Shown: positions 41,623-51,319 of the stretch, piece by piece
How positions within the stretch are numbered: the stretch's first letter is position 1
Layout: each line of letters starts with the position of its first letter
Assembly: GCA_963843145.1 (NCBI GenBank)
Contig: CAWJJC010000022.1
Location: 1 to 64,000 of the forward strand
Direction of reading: 5' to 3'
Length of the DNA: 64,000 nucleotides
From: an uncultured delta proteobacterium
GTDB lineage: Bacteria > Desulfobacterota > RBG-13-43-22
Notes under the pieces: generated by a model
What the model was told of the DNA's origin: nothing
Seen by the model: only the letters and a program-made list of their open reading frames with translations
The model's database searches: none
Translations under genes and position numbers: made by a program

Positions 41623-41765
41623 TTATAAAATCGCGCAGCGATTTTATAAACGTAAAACCTCCGGCTGCGCTCATTTTAATCTGATCTCCCGTAAGGGGTG
41701 GATTAAGGGTAATGGTTGTGGGCGGGCTTACGCCCGCCCTTTATAAAATTTCGAAGAAATTTTAT
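41623..41765. repeat. Cluster of three palindromes in the acsB-acsC spacer
   Basis: TTATAAAATCGC-gca-GCGATTTTATAA; GGGCGGGC-ttac-GCCCGCCC; ATAAAATTTC-gaa-GAAATTTTAT. Confidence 0.75.
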
Positions 41766-43975
41766 CCGACGATGGACTCCATGGAAACGGCCGGGTGTCC
41801 TTTTTCCTGAAGCCAAGGCAGGATCTCGTCCTCGGTCAGTCCCACGGTTTCATCGGCGATCATATCGACAAGATTGGGGTAGCCCATCTCCGCGCCCCGT
41901 TTCAGCAGCCGTTCGCGGATTTCTTCCTTAAGCTGCTTGGGCATCCAGACCATGCGCAGTAAGCCCCCGTCGCCGAGGACGAATTTCCCCTGGGTGATGT
42001 TGAACTTGCTGTGGCCCACGAAACCAGGGGAAGAGGCCCCGCCGCCCATCACGCCGGCCAGGGTGGTGAACTTCATCCCGGAAGGGGTCATGCCGGTGTA
42101 GTCCCGGTTGACGGTCATGATGCCGTTGCAGGAAGGCAGCACGGCGGCGATGCACTCGCAGCAACCGCAGGTGGTCATGGGATCCACTACCAGGCTGTAG
42201 AAGTTATAATGGTCGACCTTTTGCCGGGAGGCTTTATAGACGAACTCGTTGACTCCTTTCCACTGTCCCATCTTGGGGTCCAGACATTCGCCTTTCTGTA
42301 CCGGCTGGTTGGGACCGGTAGGATTAATTTCAAAAGAGGCCTTGCAGTCCATCCAGTTATAGGCGCCGCACAGTCCGGTTCGTTCCGGACTGACCATGCA
42401 GACGTGGCTGGGGGCGAAGGACTGGCAGAGGGTGCAGGAGTAGTAGGTCTCCACCGACTCGTCGGTCATCTTCTCCACCCGTTCGTCGCGGGTTCGATAG
42501 ATTTGTCGGGCCTCTTTGGTCAGCTTGTCCACGTCTTCTTTCTTCGTATAAAGGGTTACCTGGACCTTGTCTAAAATGGAGCCGAAGTCCTGGTGGAACT
42601 TGGCGTGGATGATCACGCCGATGTCCTTCAGGGTAAAGCCTTTCTGCACCGCCGGTTCACCGATCCGGACCCAGGCGATGTCCCGCTGTCCGATATGCAT
42701 GATGCCCTGGGCATAGTTGATCAGGTGGTGGATCTGGCGTTCCAGAATGGGCTCAAAGTCTTCCTGCATCTGCCGGCCGGCCACCTGGACGAAAATTCCC
42801 AGGGGCAGGCGATCGCCCTTTTTACTGTCGCCCACATCCGGACCCATAACCTCGACCTTGCCGTCCTCGATGGCGTTCATGTCGACCATCCGGACCAACT
42901 CGGTGGCCTGGGTCTTGCCGCCGCCCAGCTCTAAATAGAGATCCTCTTTCCGGACCCGTTCCCCCTCGAAGGCCGGGCCGTAAGCCAAGGGGATATCCAC
43001 ATGGGAGACCGTGACCTTCAGGCCCCGGATCTCGATGGATCTCTGGGGCATTTCCCGGTGGGGCACATTGGCCACCACGTGTTCATAGGTGCAGACCCCG
43101 GTAGGCAGGATTTCCGGGATATCGGTATCGGCGATGGTAGGGAAACCCCAGTTCACGCAACCGGCGGCATTGGCCGCCCATTCGGCGCCGACGTCCCCCA
43201 AGGCATTGACAAAGGCAAAGATCCGGTCCTTGTTATAGAGCAACATCTTCTTGTAATCGCCGGGTTTGATCCCGCCGAAGGCCATGGCCGCCCGGTTGGC
43301 AAACCCCAGGGCGAAGACCGCGGCCGAGATATCAGGACCGAAGGGCACCAAACGGGTGTTCCAGCCGATCTGGACCCCGGCCTGCAGCAGTTGTTCGGAA
43401 AAGGTAGTGCCGTTCTGGTTGGCGCACATGAAAACATAAAGGTTCTTCTTCTGGTATTCTTCGGCGATAAACTTGGCCGTTTCGGGATCCGGGGCGGCGC
43501 CGACGATGGCCGCAAAGCCCGGGGCGGAGCCGTCCACGAACTCCACGCCCCGTTTACGGAAAACCGTATCCTCGGCGGCGCCCAGCCAGATCTTGCCGGC
43601 CGCCTCGTCGATATCTTCGCTGACCAGATAAAAGTCGGGGTCTTCCAGATAGCGGATGCATTCCGACACCTCTTCGGCGAAGAGGGTGGCCATCCCGGCA
43701 TCCAACAAGGGCCCTAAATAGGGCAAATGGGTCATGTTCTTGACGTGGGCCGGAAGAAGCTTCCGGGCTACTTCCATGGGTTTTTGGGCGTCTCCCAGGG
43801 TTTTTACCGGAATTCCCAGGATGGAGTAAATGATCGGCAAATAATAAGCGGTATTGGGAAACTCGATCTTTTGATCGGGGCCGTATTTTTCGATGGCCTT
43901 TTTGAGGGTTCCCTCGCCTTTGGAAACGATATTATATGCGCCCTGAATGGCCGCAAAAGCAACTAATTTTGACAT
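41762..43975 (-). CDS. acsB: Acetyl-CoA synthase
   Basis: FPNTAYYLP, FEGERVRK, SCTLCQSFAPSHVC, PMTTCGCCEC A-cluster motif; start ATG 43975. Confidence 0.96.
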   Translation of the reverse strand: MSKLVAFAAIQGAYNIVSKGEGTLKKAIEKYGPDQKIEFPNTAYYLPIIYSILGIPVKTLGDAQKPMEVARKLLPAHVKNMTHLPYLGPLLDAGMATLFAEEVSECIRYLEDPDFYLVSEDIDEAAGKIWLGAAEDTVFRKRGVEFVDGSAPGFAAIVGAAPDPETAKFIAEEYQKKNLYVFMCANQNGTTFSEQLLQAGVQIGWNTRLVPFGPDISAAVFALGFANRAAMAFGGIKPGDYKKMLLYNKDRIFAFVNALGDVGAEWAANAAGCVNWGFPTIADTDIPEILPTGVCTYEHVVANVPHREMPQRSIEIRGLKVTVSHVDIPLAYGPAFEGERVRKEDLYLELGGGKTQATELVRMVDMNAIEDGKVEVMGPDVGDSKKGDRLPLGIFVQVAGRQMQEDFEPILERQIHHLINYAQGIMHIGQRDIAWVRIGEPAVQKGFTLKDIGVIIHAKFHQDFGSILDKVQVTLYTKKEDVDKLTKEARQIYRTRDERVEKMTDESVETYYSCTLCQSFAPSHVCMVSPERTGLCGAYNWMDCKASFEINPTGPNQPVQKGECLDPKMGQWKGVNEFVYKASRQKVDHYNFYSLVVDPMTTCGCCECIAAVLPSCNGIMTVNRDYTGMTPSGMKFTTLAGVMGGGASSPGFVGHSKFNITQGKFVLGDGGLLRMVWMPKQLKEEIRERLLKRGAEMGYPNLVDMIADETVGLTEDEILPWLQEKGHPAVSMESIVG

Positions 43976-44000
43976 GGTTACGCGTCCTCCTTTCCTGGTC

Positions 44001-46043
44001 TTAAACCGCCGCCAGCTTCTGCCGGTCGGCCATATCCATGAGCACCCGCTCACGGGCCTTGTCAATACCCAAAGCTTTTCGTTTGGCATCGATGTGAGCA
44101 ATCATCCTGCGGGCCATTTCGTAGGGATCTTCTATCAAATCCCATTTGCCCCCCAAAACCTTTTCCATCCCGCTGAATAAATAATCCTTAAAGACCGGGG
44201 CCCCTTCCACGGGCAGATTGACCCCAAAGACCGTATAGACTCCGGAAGCCACGAAATATTGCCCGATGGAGATGGCCTTTTCACTCATCCATTCCGGAGC
44301 ACACCCGGCGGCCGGCAGGTCGCTGATATCGTTTCCCAAGCCCCCAGCCTTAACTACTTGGGTGGCGGCCATCAGGATCCGGCTGTTATCCACGCAGGAG
44401 CCCATGTGCAGAACCGGCGGGATCCCCACGGTCTCGCAAACCTCGGCCAGACCAGGGCCGCAGAAAACCCGGGCCGCTTCAGGGGTGAGCAGGCCGGCCT
44501 TGCCGCAGGCCATGGCATTGCAACCGGTGGTCAGGACGATGACGTCGTTCTTCAATAATTCCTTGACCACGATCAGATGGGCGCTGTCGTGCATAGTCCG
44601 GGCATTATTACAGCCTACCACCCCGCCGATGCCGCGAATGCGGCCATTGATGATGTTGTCGTTCAAGGGGGTATACGATCCCCGAAAAGTCCCCCCTAAA
44701 TGGTAGTTGATCGATTCATAGCTGAACCCGGCCACCATTTTTTCTTTAACGTTGGGAATCAAGACGTCGGCCCGGCGATTGGGAAAGTTGTCAATAGCGG
44801 TCTTGACAATCCGTTTGGCGTCTTCCAGGGCATGATGTTCGTCAAATTGGATGTGAACGGTGTCGCCGGAAGCGATTTTACAGCGGGGATTGGTGGTAAT
44901 CAGCTTGGTATGGTAGCACTGGGCCACGTTGGCCAGGTTTTCCATGATGCACTGGACATCGACTACCATGGCATCCACCGCACCGGTTATGATGGCCAGT
45001 TCCTGCTGCAAATAATTACCGGCAATCGGCATGCCATGGCGCATCAAGACCTCATTGGCCGTGCAACACATACCGGCCAGGGTAATCCCCTTGGCGCCTT
45101 TGGTGGCCGCATATTGGAGCATTTCCGGATCCTGGGAGGCGACCACAATCATTTCGGAAAGGAGGGGTTCATGGCCGTGGATGATGATATTGACCTGATC
45201 CTGTTTCAACACCCCCAGATTGATCTCCCCGTGAACGGGATAGGGCGTTCCAAAAAGGACATCCTGTAAATCGGTAGCCATCATGGACCCGCCCCAGCCA
45301 TCGGCCAGTGCCGCCCGGGAACCTTGCTTCATGAGATTTTCATAATCCTGGTCCACCCCCATGTGGGTCCGATGCATGATCTCCACGATCTCCCGGTCGA
45401 TGCCCCGGGGAACGATGTCCAACTTCTTCCACAGGTCATAGCGGGCCTGGGGAGCACGTTTGGCATAGTAGATCTCGCCTTCCTGTCTCCCCCATTCCCC
45501 GAGGGCCTTCTCTCCAACTTCAGAGGCGATATCATAAATGTCTCTTTCTTTTTCTTCTCCGTCCACCATGACCGTCGTGTCCACATTAAAATCAGCGGCA
45601 ATTTCTTTGAGCTTGATTTCATCTTTAATCTTGTAGTCCTGGGTTTCTTTACGGGCGGCAGCCAAAAACACTTCCGCCACACCCCGTCCGTGATCGGAGT
45701 GGGCCGCCGCCCCGGCGGCGATCATCCGGACAAAGTTGCGGGCGGCAATGGTCTCCGGCGTAGCCCCGCAGAGTCCCATGCGGGAATCCTTTCCTTCCAG
45801 ATCCTTTTTGGTCAAAGGCAGGCGGCAAGGGCCCTGAGCGCACATTTTGCAACAGGTTCCCTGAATCCCTATATTACAAGGTTTCATGGAATCGGCCCGA
45901 TCAAAGATCGTTTCCACCCCATCCTGCTGGGCCTTATAAAGCATAGCAATGGTGGCCGGATCCACGCTCTTTTCTTCGGGTTTGATCTTCTTCTTTTCTT
46001 TTTCCACAACCTTCAATGTTTCTTTGGCTTCTTCTGATGCCAT
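44001..46043 (-). CDS. cooS: Anaerobic Ni-CO dehydrogenase catalytic subunit (AcsA)
   Basis: CCKMCAQGPC, HSDHGR, HGHEP, GMCCT, DVQC, GCNN, TGC, GSCVDN, EWMSEKA. Confidence 0.96.
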   Translation of the reverse strand: MASEEAKETLKVVEKEKKKIKPEEKSVDPATIAMLYKAQQDGVETIFDRADSMKPCNIGIQGTCCKMCAQGPCRLPLTKKDLEGKDSRMGLCGATPETIAARNFVRMIAAGAAAHSDHGRGVAEVFLAAARKETQDYKIKDEIKLKEIAADFNVDTTVMVDGEEKERDIYDIASEVGEKALGEWGRQEGEIYYAKRAPQARYDLWKKLDIVPRGIDREIVEIMHRTHMGVDQDYENLMKQGSRAALADGWGGSMMATDLQDVLFGTPYPVHGEINLGVLKQDQVNIIIHGHEPLLSEMIVVASQDPEMLQYAATKGAKGITLAGMCCTANEVLMRHGMPIAGNYLQQELAIITGAVDAMVVDVQCIMENLANVAQCYHTKLITTNPRCKIASGDTVHIQFDEHHALEDAKRIVKTAIDNFPNRRADVLIPNVKEKMVAGFSYESINYHLGGTFRGSYTPLNDNIINGRIRGIGGVVGCNNARTMHDSAHLIVVKELLKNDVIVLTTGCNAMACGKAGLLTPEAARVFCGPGLAEVCETVGIPPVLHMGSCVDNSRILMAATQVVKAGGLGNDISDLPAAGCAPEWMSEKAISIGQYFVASGVYTVFGVNLPVEGAPVFKDYLFSGMEKVLGGKWDLIEDPYEMARRMIAHIDAKRKALGIDKARERVLMDMADRQKLAAV

Positions 46044-46102
46044 ATTGTATTCCTCCTTGATAGTACAGTCTTTAGAGGGACTGTCTTACTGCCAGATACT
46101 GA

Positions 46103-47668
46103 TTAGGTTCTTTTATTTACGCGATTAATTTGAGCCAGCAATTTGTCCACCGGGGAGAATTGGATTTCCGCCGCTTTCATACCCTTAGGCCCTTCAGCTC
46201 CAGGGGCTTCTTTTTTCGCTTCTCGTCTAGCCCTTTCGGCAGCCCTGGCTGCCAATAAAGCGTCCTCCGCAGCTTGGGCCTGGGCCTTGGCTTCTTCTTT
46301 GGCCTTTCGTTCGGCCTCTTCCCTGGCCTTTACTTCCGTCTCGACTTTAGCTTTGGCCGCCGCTTCTTCCTGGGCTTTTGCTGCCGCCGCGGCCTGGGCC
46401 TGGGCTTCAGCCACGGCCTGGGCCTTCGCCTCAGCTTCGGCTTTGGCTTTGGCCTCCGCGGCCGGGTCAACCGCAGGCGCTTCCTTCGGGGGGACGGCCG
46501 GGGCTTCCGGTTTTGCGGCCACGGCAGGCTTGGGCGCGGCCGCCGGTTTGGGCGCTGGCGCTTCCTTGGGGGCGGCGGCTTTTTCTTTCGGCGGGGCCGC
46601 GGCCTTTTTCTCTTCCTTCCCGGGGGCGGCCACAACGGTTTTGACGATTTCCGGATAATTTCCTTCCGGCTTGACGTTCAGGGCCTTATATTTGGCCGCC
46701 AGGTCGGCCGGGGCCAGGACCGTATCCCCAGTGATCAGCAGGTCAATAAATTTTCGAACCAGTTTAGCGGTCTCGGGATGGCGTATAATCAACAGATCCG
46801 ATCCGGCCAACAAATAGGACACGGCGGCGACCGCTTCCATCAGGACCCCCCGTTTGGCCGCTTCCCCCAAGGTGGGGGCCTCCTCGGTGGTCAACTTGGC
46901 TTCTTTGGACTTCCAGACTTCATTGCCTACGTTATTGATCAGGGCATATTGGAGTTTATCGTCCTCCTGGGCCAGGGCCGCCATCCGAATCCGTTCCATG
47001 ACCGAATAAGAATATTCCAGCCCGTACCCCAAACCGCCGGTAGTCGGATCGACAATGATCCGTTCCTTAGGGACGCCCAGGTTTTCCAGCAGGATGTTGA
47101 GCTGCTTGGCCAGGTTGACGTCGATGGGGGTCGAAGAGATGACCGTGTGATTATAGGCCATGGCCGAAGCCCCGATCTGTTTATGATTCCCTTCGGCCAC
47201 CGGTCCCAGGGTCAAATTGGCGCCCTGACAATCCTCGCTGATTTTCCGCAGGACTTCGGCATCTTTTTTTTCATTCCCCGATCCCCAAATAATCACGGGA
47301 ACCTCGACCGCCTTCAAGACCTTCTGGACGGTTTGGCTAGCCTCTTCCGGCCCCTTATCCAGGCCGTTGGGATCGGTGCTTTTGAGTTGAATGACAATGG
47401 CCTCGGCGCCGAAATCCTTGACACACTTGGAGGCCCAGGCCGCAGGGTCATCCAGGACATCCTGATAAGGCGCCAAGGCCGAATCCGGCCAGTCATCGGG
47501 TCGCATATCCCAGATCTCCATGGCAATCCGGGGCGGATGGGGTAGGCTCCCCTCAAATAAATAGAAAGGGTAGGAATCTTCCCCTCCCAACGTTATCGGA
47601 TTGTTTTTGCCGATTGAAACCGGATTGATTTTGCCCGAATACGTCGCTTTTGGAATTTCAAAGGCCAA
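46103..47668 (-). CDS. acsD: Corrinoid Fe-S protein small (delta) subunit with ~200-aa Ala/Lys/Glu/Pro-rich extension
   Basis: LGGEDSYPFYLFEG, DVNLAKQLN, DPTTGGLGYGLEYSYSVMERIR, RHP; low-complexity tail. Confidence 0.92.
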   Translation of the reverse strand: MAFEIPKATYSGKINPVSIGKNNPITLGGEDSYPFYLFEGSLPHPPRIAMEIWDMRPDDWPDSALAPYQDVLDDPAAWASKCVKDFGAEAIVIQLKSTDPNGLDKGPEEASQTVQKVLKAVEVPVIIWGSGNEKKDAEVLRKISEDCQGANLTLGPVAEGNHKQIGASAMAYNHTVISSTPIDVNLAKQLNILLENLGVPKERIIVDPTTGGLGYGLEYSYSVMERIRMAALAQEDDKLQYALINNVGNEVWKSKEAKLTTEEAPTLGEAAKRGVLMEAVAAVSYLLAGSDLLIIRHPETAKLVRKFIDLLITGDTVLAPADLAAKYKALNVKPEGNYPEIVKTVVAAPGKEEKKAAAPPKEKAAAPKEAPAPKPAAAPKPAVAAKPEAPAVPPKEAPAVDPAAEAKAKAEAEAKAQAVAEAQAQAAAAAKAQEEAAAKAKVETEVKAREEAERKAKEEAKAQAQAAEDALLAARAAERARREAKKEAPGAEGPKGMKAAEIQFSPVDKLLAQINRVNKRT

Positions 47669-47820
47669 CGGTTGTTCCTCCTTTAACGATTGATATAGTT
47701 AATTCCGTGAATTTTTGAACAATCAGAAACCTTACTTCCCACTTTTTACTGACCCGCTTTGTTTGATTAACCACAGTTTCTAACGCCTAACGACCCAATA
47801 AGGCAGGAAAAAACGGGAAG

Positions 47821-47887
47821 AAGTGACTTTTTTCGTCACTTTTCTACGATATAAGGACTTCTTAATGGAGACAATAGGCTTTGTCAA
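47821..47887 (-). promoter_or_regulatory. Putative acsD promoter (-35 TTGACA) with downstream palindromic operator
   Basis: TTGACA on the minus strand at 47882-47887; AAGTGAC-N7-GTCACTT at 47821-47841; -10 unclear. Confidence 0.35.
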
Positions 47888-48176
47888 GAAAAAATCTTTA
47901 GTGTTTATCGCAGATTATAGGGAAGGGCGTCCTAAAAAGTTTTCACTTAAATAAAGCTATAAAGAAGCTGAAGTAAATTAAGGTGGTTATCGTTTTCTGA
48001 GGCCTTAAGGCGATTCATGTCAGCGCCTAACGGGCCTTGAAAAAAGCTGACCCCCTATTGGGAGAGTCCAATCAAGGTTAGTAGCAGGGTGTCATGATAC
48101 CACTATATATAGTTTTATGAGGTATTAATCGAATCGTTTTTCTAAGATTAAGATAATGCTCCAAAGGCCAATACTA

Positions 48177-48941
48177 TTACTGCACCTGTCCAAAGAGGGT
48201 TTCAAAAAGAGTAAACGCCGTTTTTACGGCCGGCGCGTCGTCGGGCAGGGTAAAGGTCGGCTTTCCCTCCTTGTCAAATTGATAGATGTGATCGTCCTGA
48301 GGAACCACCCCCAGCAGGCGGAGATCGTTTGTTTCCAGGAGGTCTTTCCATTCTTGCCATTGGCCGTCATCCTTTTGTTCCGCCTGGTTGATAATGACGT
48401 ATTTGTTAATAACGGTCAGGCCTAACTCCCGGGTTAATTCCCCGATCCGAACAGCGGCCTGCAGACCTCGGCGGGAGCCGTCGGAGACAATCAAGAGCAG
48501 GTCAATATGGCGGGTGGTCAACCGGCTGACATGCTCCATGCCGGCCTCGTTATCCACCACCAAATAGCGGTAATTATGGGTTAACTTTTCTATCACCTCG
48601 GAGAGCAAATTATTGGCCGCACAGTAACAACCCTGACCTTCGGGACGCCCCATGACAATCAGGTCAAAGCCTTCGGCTTCTACCAAGGCCTGCTGAATGC
48701 GCATATCCATGAATATGTCCTTGGTCATTCCTTCAATACCGCCCTTTTTCATTTCTTCCCGGGCATCGCCTATGGTGTTGGTGTAAGTAACTCCCAAAAC
48801 CTCGTTTAAATTGGCGTTGGCGTCCGCGTCGACCGCTAAGACCGGTTTCAGACCGTTTTTCAACATATAGCGGATCAGCAGACCGGCCATAGTGGTCTTT
48901 CCGGTTCCCCCTTTTCCAGCTAAGGCAATGGTAAAACTCAA
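48177..48941 (-). CDS. cooC: CooC/AcsF nickel-insertion ATPase
   Basis: GKGGTGKTT, VDADAN, GCYC, DNEAGMEH. Confidence 0.93.
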   Translation of the reverse strand: MSFTIALAGKGGTGKTTMAGLLIRYMLKNGLKPVLAVDADANANLNEVLGVTYTNTIGDAREEMKKGGIEGMTKDIFMDMRIQQALVEAEGFDLIVMGRPEGQGCYCAANNLLSEVIEKLTHNYRYLVVDNEAGMEHVSRLTTRHIDLLLIVSDGSRRGLQAAVRIGELTRELGLTVINKYVIINQAEQKDDGQWQEWKDLLETNDLRLLGVVPQDDHIYQFDKEGKPTFTLPDDAPAVKTAFTLFETLFGQVQ

Positions 48942-48944
48942 AAT

Positions 48945-50912
48945 TTACTCCTTTCTGGCTTCAGTCAGACCTTTTTCTCTGCAGGAAATCCGTTCAAAGA
49001 CCCGGGGAAACAACTTATTGTTTGTATGGGGCAGAAACAAGGCGGCAATATAATTATTCATAAAATTGATATTTTCGCTGAGTTCTATGTTGGTGATTTT
49101 AGTAAAAATGCGCTTTACTTCCGTTCGGAGCACATTGGAAAAGCAGATCAATCGAGCTCCCAGCAGCGAACCGTTGCCGATGAATTTAACTTTTTGAATC
49201 GGGAAGTCGGGCAGGAGACCTATGGTAATCGCTTTTTCAATATTCATATAGTTTCCAAATCCGCCGGCAATGATCACCTGTTCCAAATCCTCCATGGCCA
49301 GTCCCACCTCTTCCAGCAGGGTTACATAACCGGCATACATAGCTCCTTTGGCCCGAATAAGGTTGTCAATATCCACCTCGGTAATCACAATATCCCGCTC
49401 AATTTGGGTATCGGAAGCCCAAGCCAACACATATTCCCACCCGTCTTCCCCTTCCCGAATGCGGTCCGTCTTCAACCCCGGTTTAAATTTTCCATTTTGA
49501 TCCAGCACACAGGCTTCCAGAAATCCGGCGACAATATTAATCAGCCCCGAACCGCAGATCCCCTTAGGCTTGACCATACCGACCGTCAGAATCATGGGTT
49601 CAAAAGTCGTTGGATTTATGCTGAATTCCTCAATTGCCCCCTGGGTAGCCCGCATACCGTGTTTAATGCCTCCCCCTTCAAAGGCCGGTCCGGCGGAACA
49701 GGCCGCGCAGGTCATCCACTCCGAATTGCCGACCACTATCTCTCCATTAGTTCCCAAATCAATATACAGGGTCAATTTATCCTGCCGGGACATACCGGAA
49801 CCCATAACTCCGGCAATAACATCCCCTCCCACATAACTGGCTATGGAAGGAAATAAATAAACCTGCACGTGGTCCGCCAACTCCAGTCCCAGTTCCCTGG
49901 CCCGGATTAAAGGAACATAGTTCATCGGGGGCGTGTATGGAGCCTCGCGGATATACCGCGGTTCAATCTCCAGAAACAGATGGGTCATGGTGGTATTACC
50001 CGCCACGGTCATCTGGTTGATGGTTTCCATGGGGACTTTATGTTGTTTTAACAACTGTTTAATAATTCCATTGATGTTGGAAACCACCAAGTCTTTCATT
50101 TTCTTAAGCCCGTTGGCTTTTTGGGTATAGGCGATCCGGGAGATGACATCTTCCCCATAGGCAATCTGGGCGTTATACTCTACCGCCTGGGCTAAAATTT
50201 CCCCGTTATTTAAATTCAGTAATTGACCCCAAACCGTGGTGGTTCCAATATCGACGGCTACGGCAAAATTGCTGTCGGTGGTGTCCCCGGATTCGATGTT
50301 GATCAGTTGGACTTTGCCGCCCTTTTTTCTGGAATTGGCTAACGTTACCGTGATCTTCCAATCTTTTTCCCGTAAAGTGGAAGCCATTTTACGGACAGCA
50401 TAAAAGTCGACGTTGATGTTCCCGATCTGATGGCTTTGCTTTAAGGCACGGATAACGCGGGTCAGGTCGCTAAGATTGTCGGCTATGGTGGGGGGTGTGA
50501 TTTCTAAATATTTTTTTTCTACCGGCGGGCGAAATTTTCCGTCAACGATCAGGTCTTCAATCTTAATTTCAGAGACCACCTGCCAGGCCCCGGAGCGAGG
50601 TCTTTCTTTTGCCAAGACCTTGCGGTCCAACTGTGATTCAAGAGGAATAGTTACATCTAAATCACTTTTAATAATAGTTTTACAGGCTTGTCTTACTCCC
50701 AGATCATAGTCCGCCTTCGAAATTTTGTCGCTCTGTTGGCTTTCAACCTCCCCGTGATCGATAATCACCCGGCATTTTCCACATACTCCCTCTCCTCCAC
50801 AGGAGGCATTGATATGGACACCGGCCTGCATAGCAGCCCGGAGGAGATTTTCACCAGAGGCTACCCAAACTTCAGCTTTATCCGGATAAAAAGTAACTTT
50901 TTTTGTTTCCAT
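48945..50912 (-). CDS. Reductive activator of corrinoid protein (RACo/AcsV; 2Fe-2S + ASKHA)
   Basis: CGGEGVCGKC...C, DIGTTT, YGEDVISRI, DLGTNGE, AGPAFEG, GICGSG, AGGFG. Confidence 0.92.
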   Translation of the reverse strand: METKKVTFYPDKAEVWVASGENLLRAAMQAGVHINASCGGEGVCGKCRVIIDHGEVESQQSDKISKADYDLGVRQACKTIIKSDLDVTIPLESQLDRKVLAKERPRSGAWQVVSEIKIEDLIVDGKFRPPVEKKYLEITPPTIADNLSDLTRVIRALKQSHQIGNINVDFYAVRKMASTLREKDWKITVTLANSRKKGGKVQLINIESGDTTDSNFAVAVDIGTTTVWGQLLNLNNGEILAQAVEYNAQIAYGEDVISRIAYTQKANGLKKMKDLVVSNINGIIKQLLKQHKVPMETINQMTVAGNTTMTHLFLEIEPRYIREAPYTPPMNYVPLIRARELGLELADHVQVYLFPSIASYVGGDVIAGVMGSGMSRQDKLTLYIDLGTNGEIVVGNSEWMTCAACSAGPAFEGGGIKHGMRATQGAIEEFSINPTTFEPMILTVGMVKPKGICGSGLINIVAGFLEACVLDQNGKFKPGLKTDRIREGEDGWEYVLAWASDTQIERDIVITEVDIDNLIRAKGAMYAGYVTLLEEVGLAMEDLEQVIIAGGFGNYMNIEKAITIGLLPDFPIQKVKFIGNGSLLGARLICFSNVLRTEVKRIFTKITNIELSENINFMNNYIAALFLPHTNNKLFPRVFERISCREKGLTEARKE

Positions 50913-51059
50913 TTAGTTTTTCTAAATAATCGGTACCCCTTTGTCAAGAAATAAGGGGGTAATTTAAATAGCAGTTGATTTTTTTCACTAAATTAAGTAT
51001 AGTATGACGATTTAATTTTATAATAATTTCAAAGAAGTAGGGTCCGGAAAGGTCAATCG

Positions 51060-51300
51060 GCCCTGGGGATGGCTGTGAATAGCCAGGCAAATTCATATCC
51101 ACAGGGTTAAACTGTTAATAATTTCTCTTTCTTTGACCTAAACGCTTAAGGGATGATGGGGTAGCTAAATAGTTCAAGAATAGGCCATTCAAGGTTTATT
51201 GATATTTTGTATAATTATTTCAATAGAATATTGTAGATTTCCCTATTTTACAGTCTTAATAATAAATAATAAGAATAATTTATCATTTTTTTTAATACTT
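51060..51300. other. Candidate chromosomal replication origin (oriC)
   Basis: Near-consensus DnaA boxes at 51074, 51095 and 51113; AT-rich tract; TAA trio-like run 51257-51279 just upstream of dnaN; gene strand switch. Confidence 0.55.
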
Positions 51301-51319
51301 ATTTTAAGGAGAACTCTTT

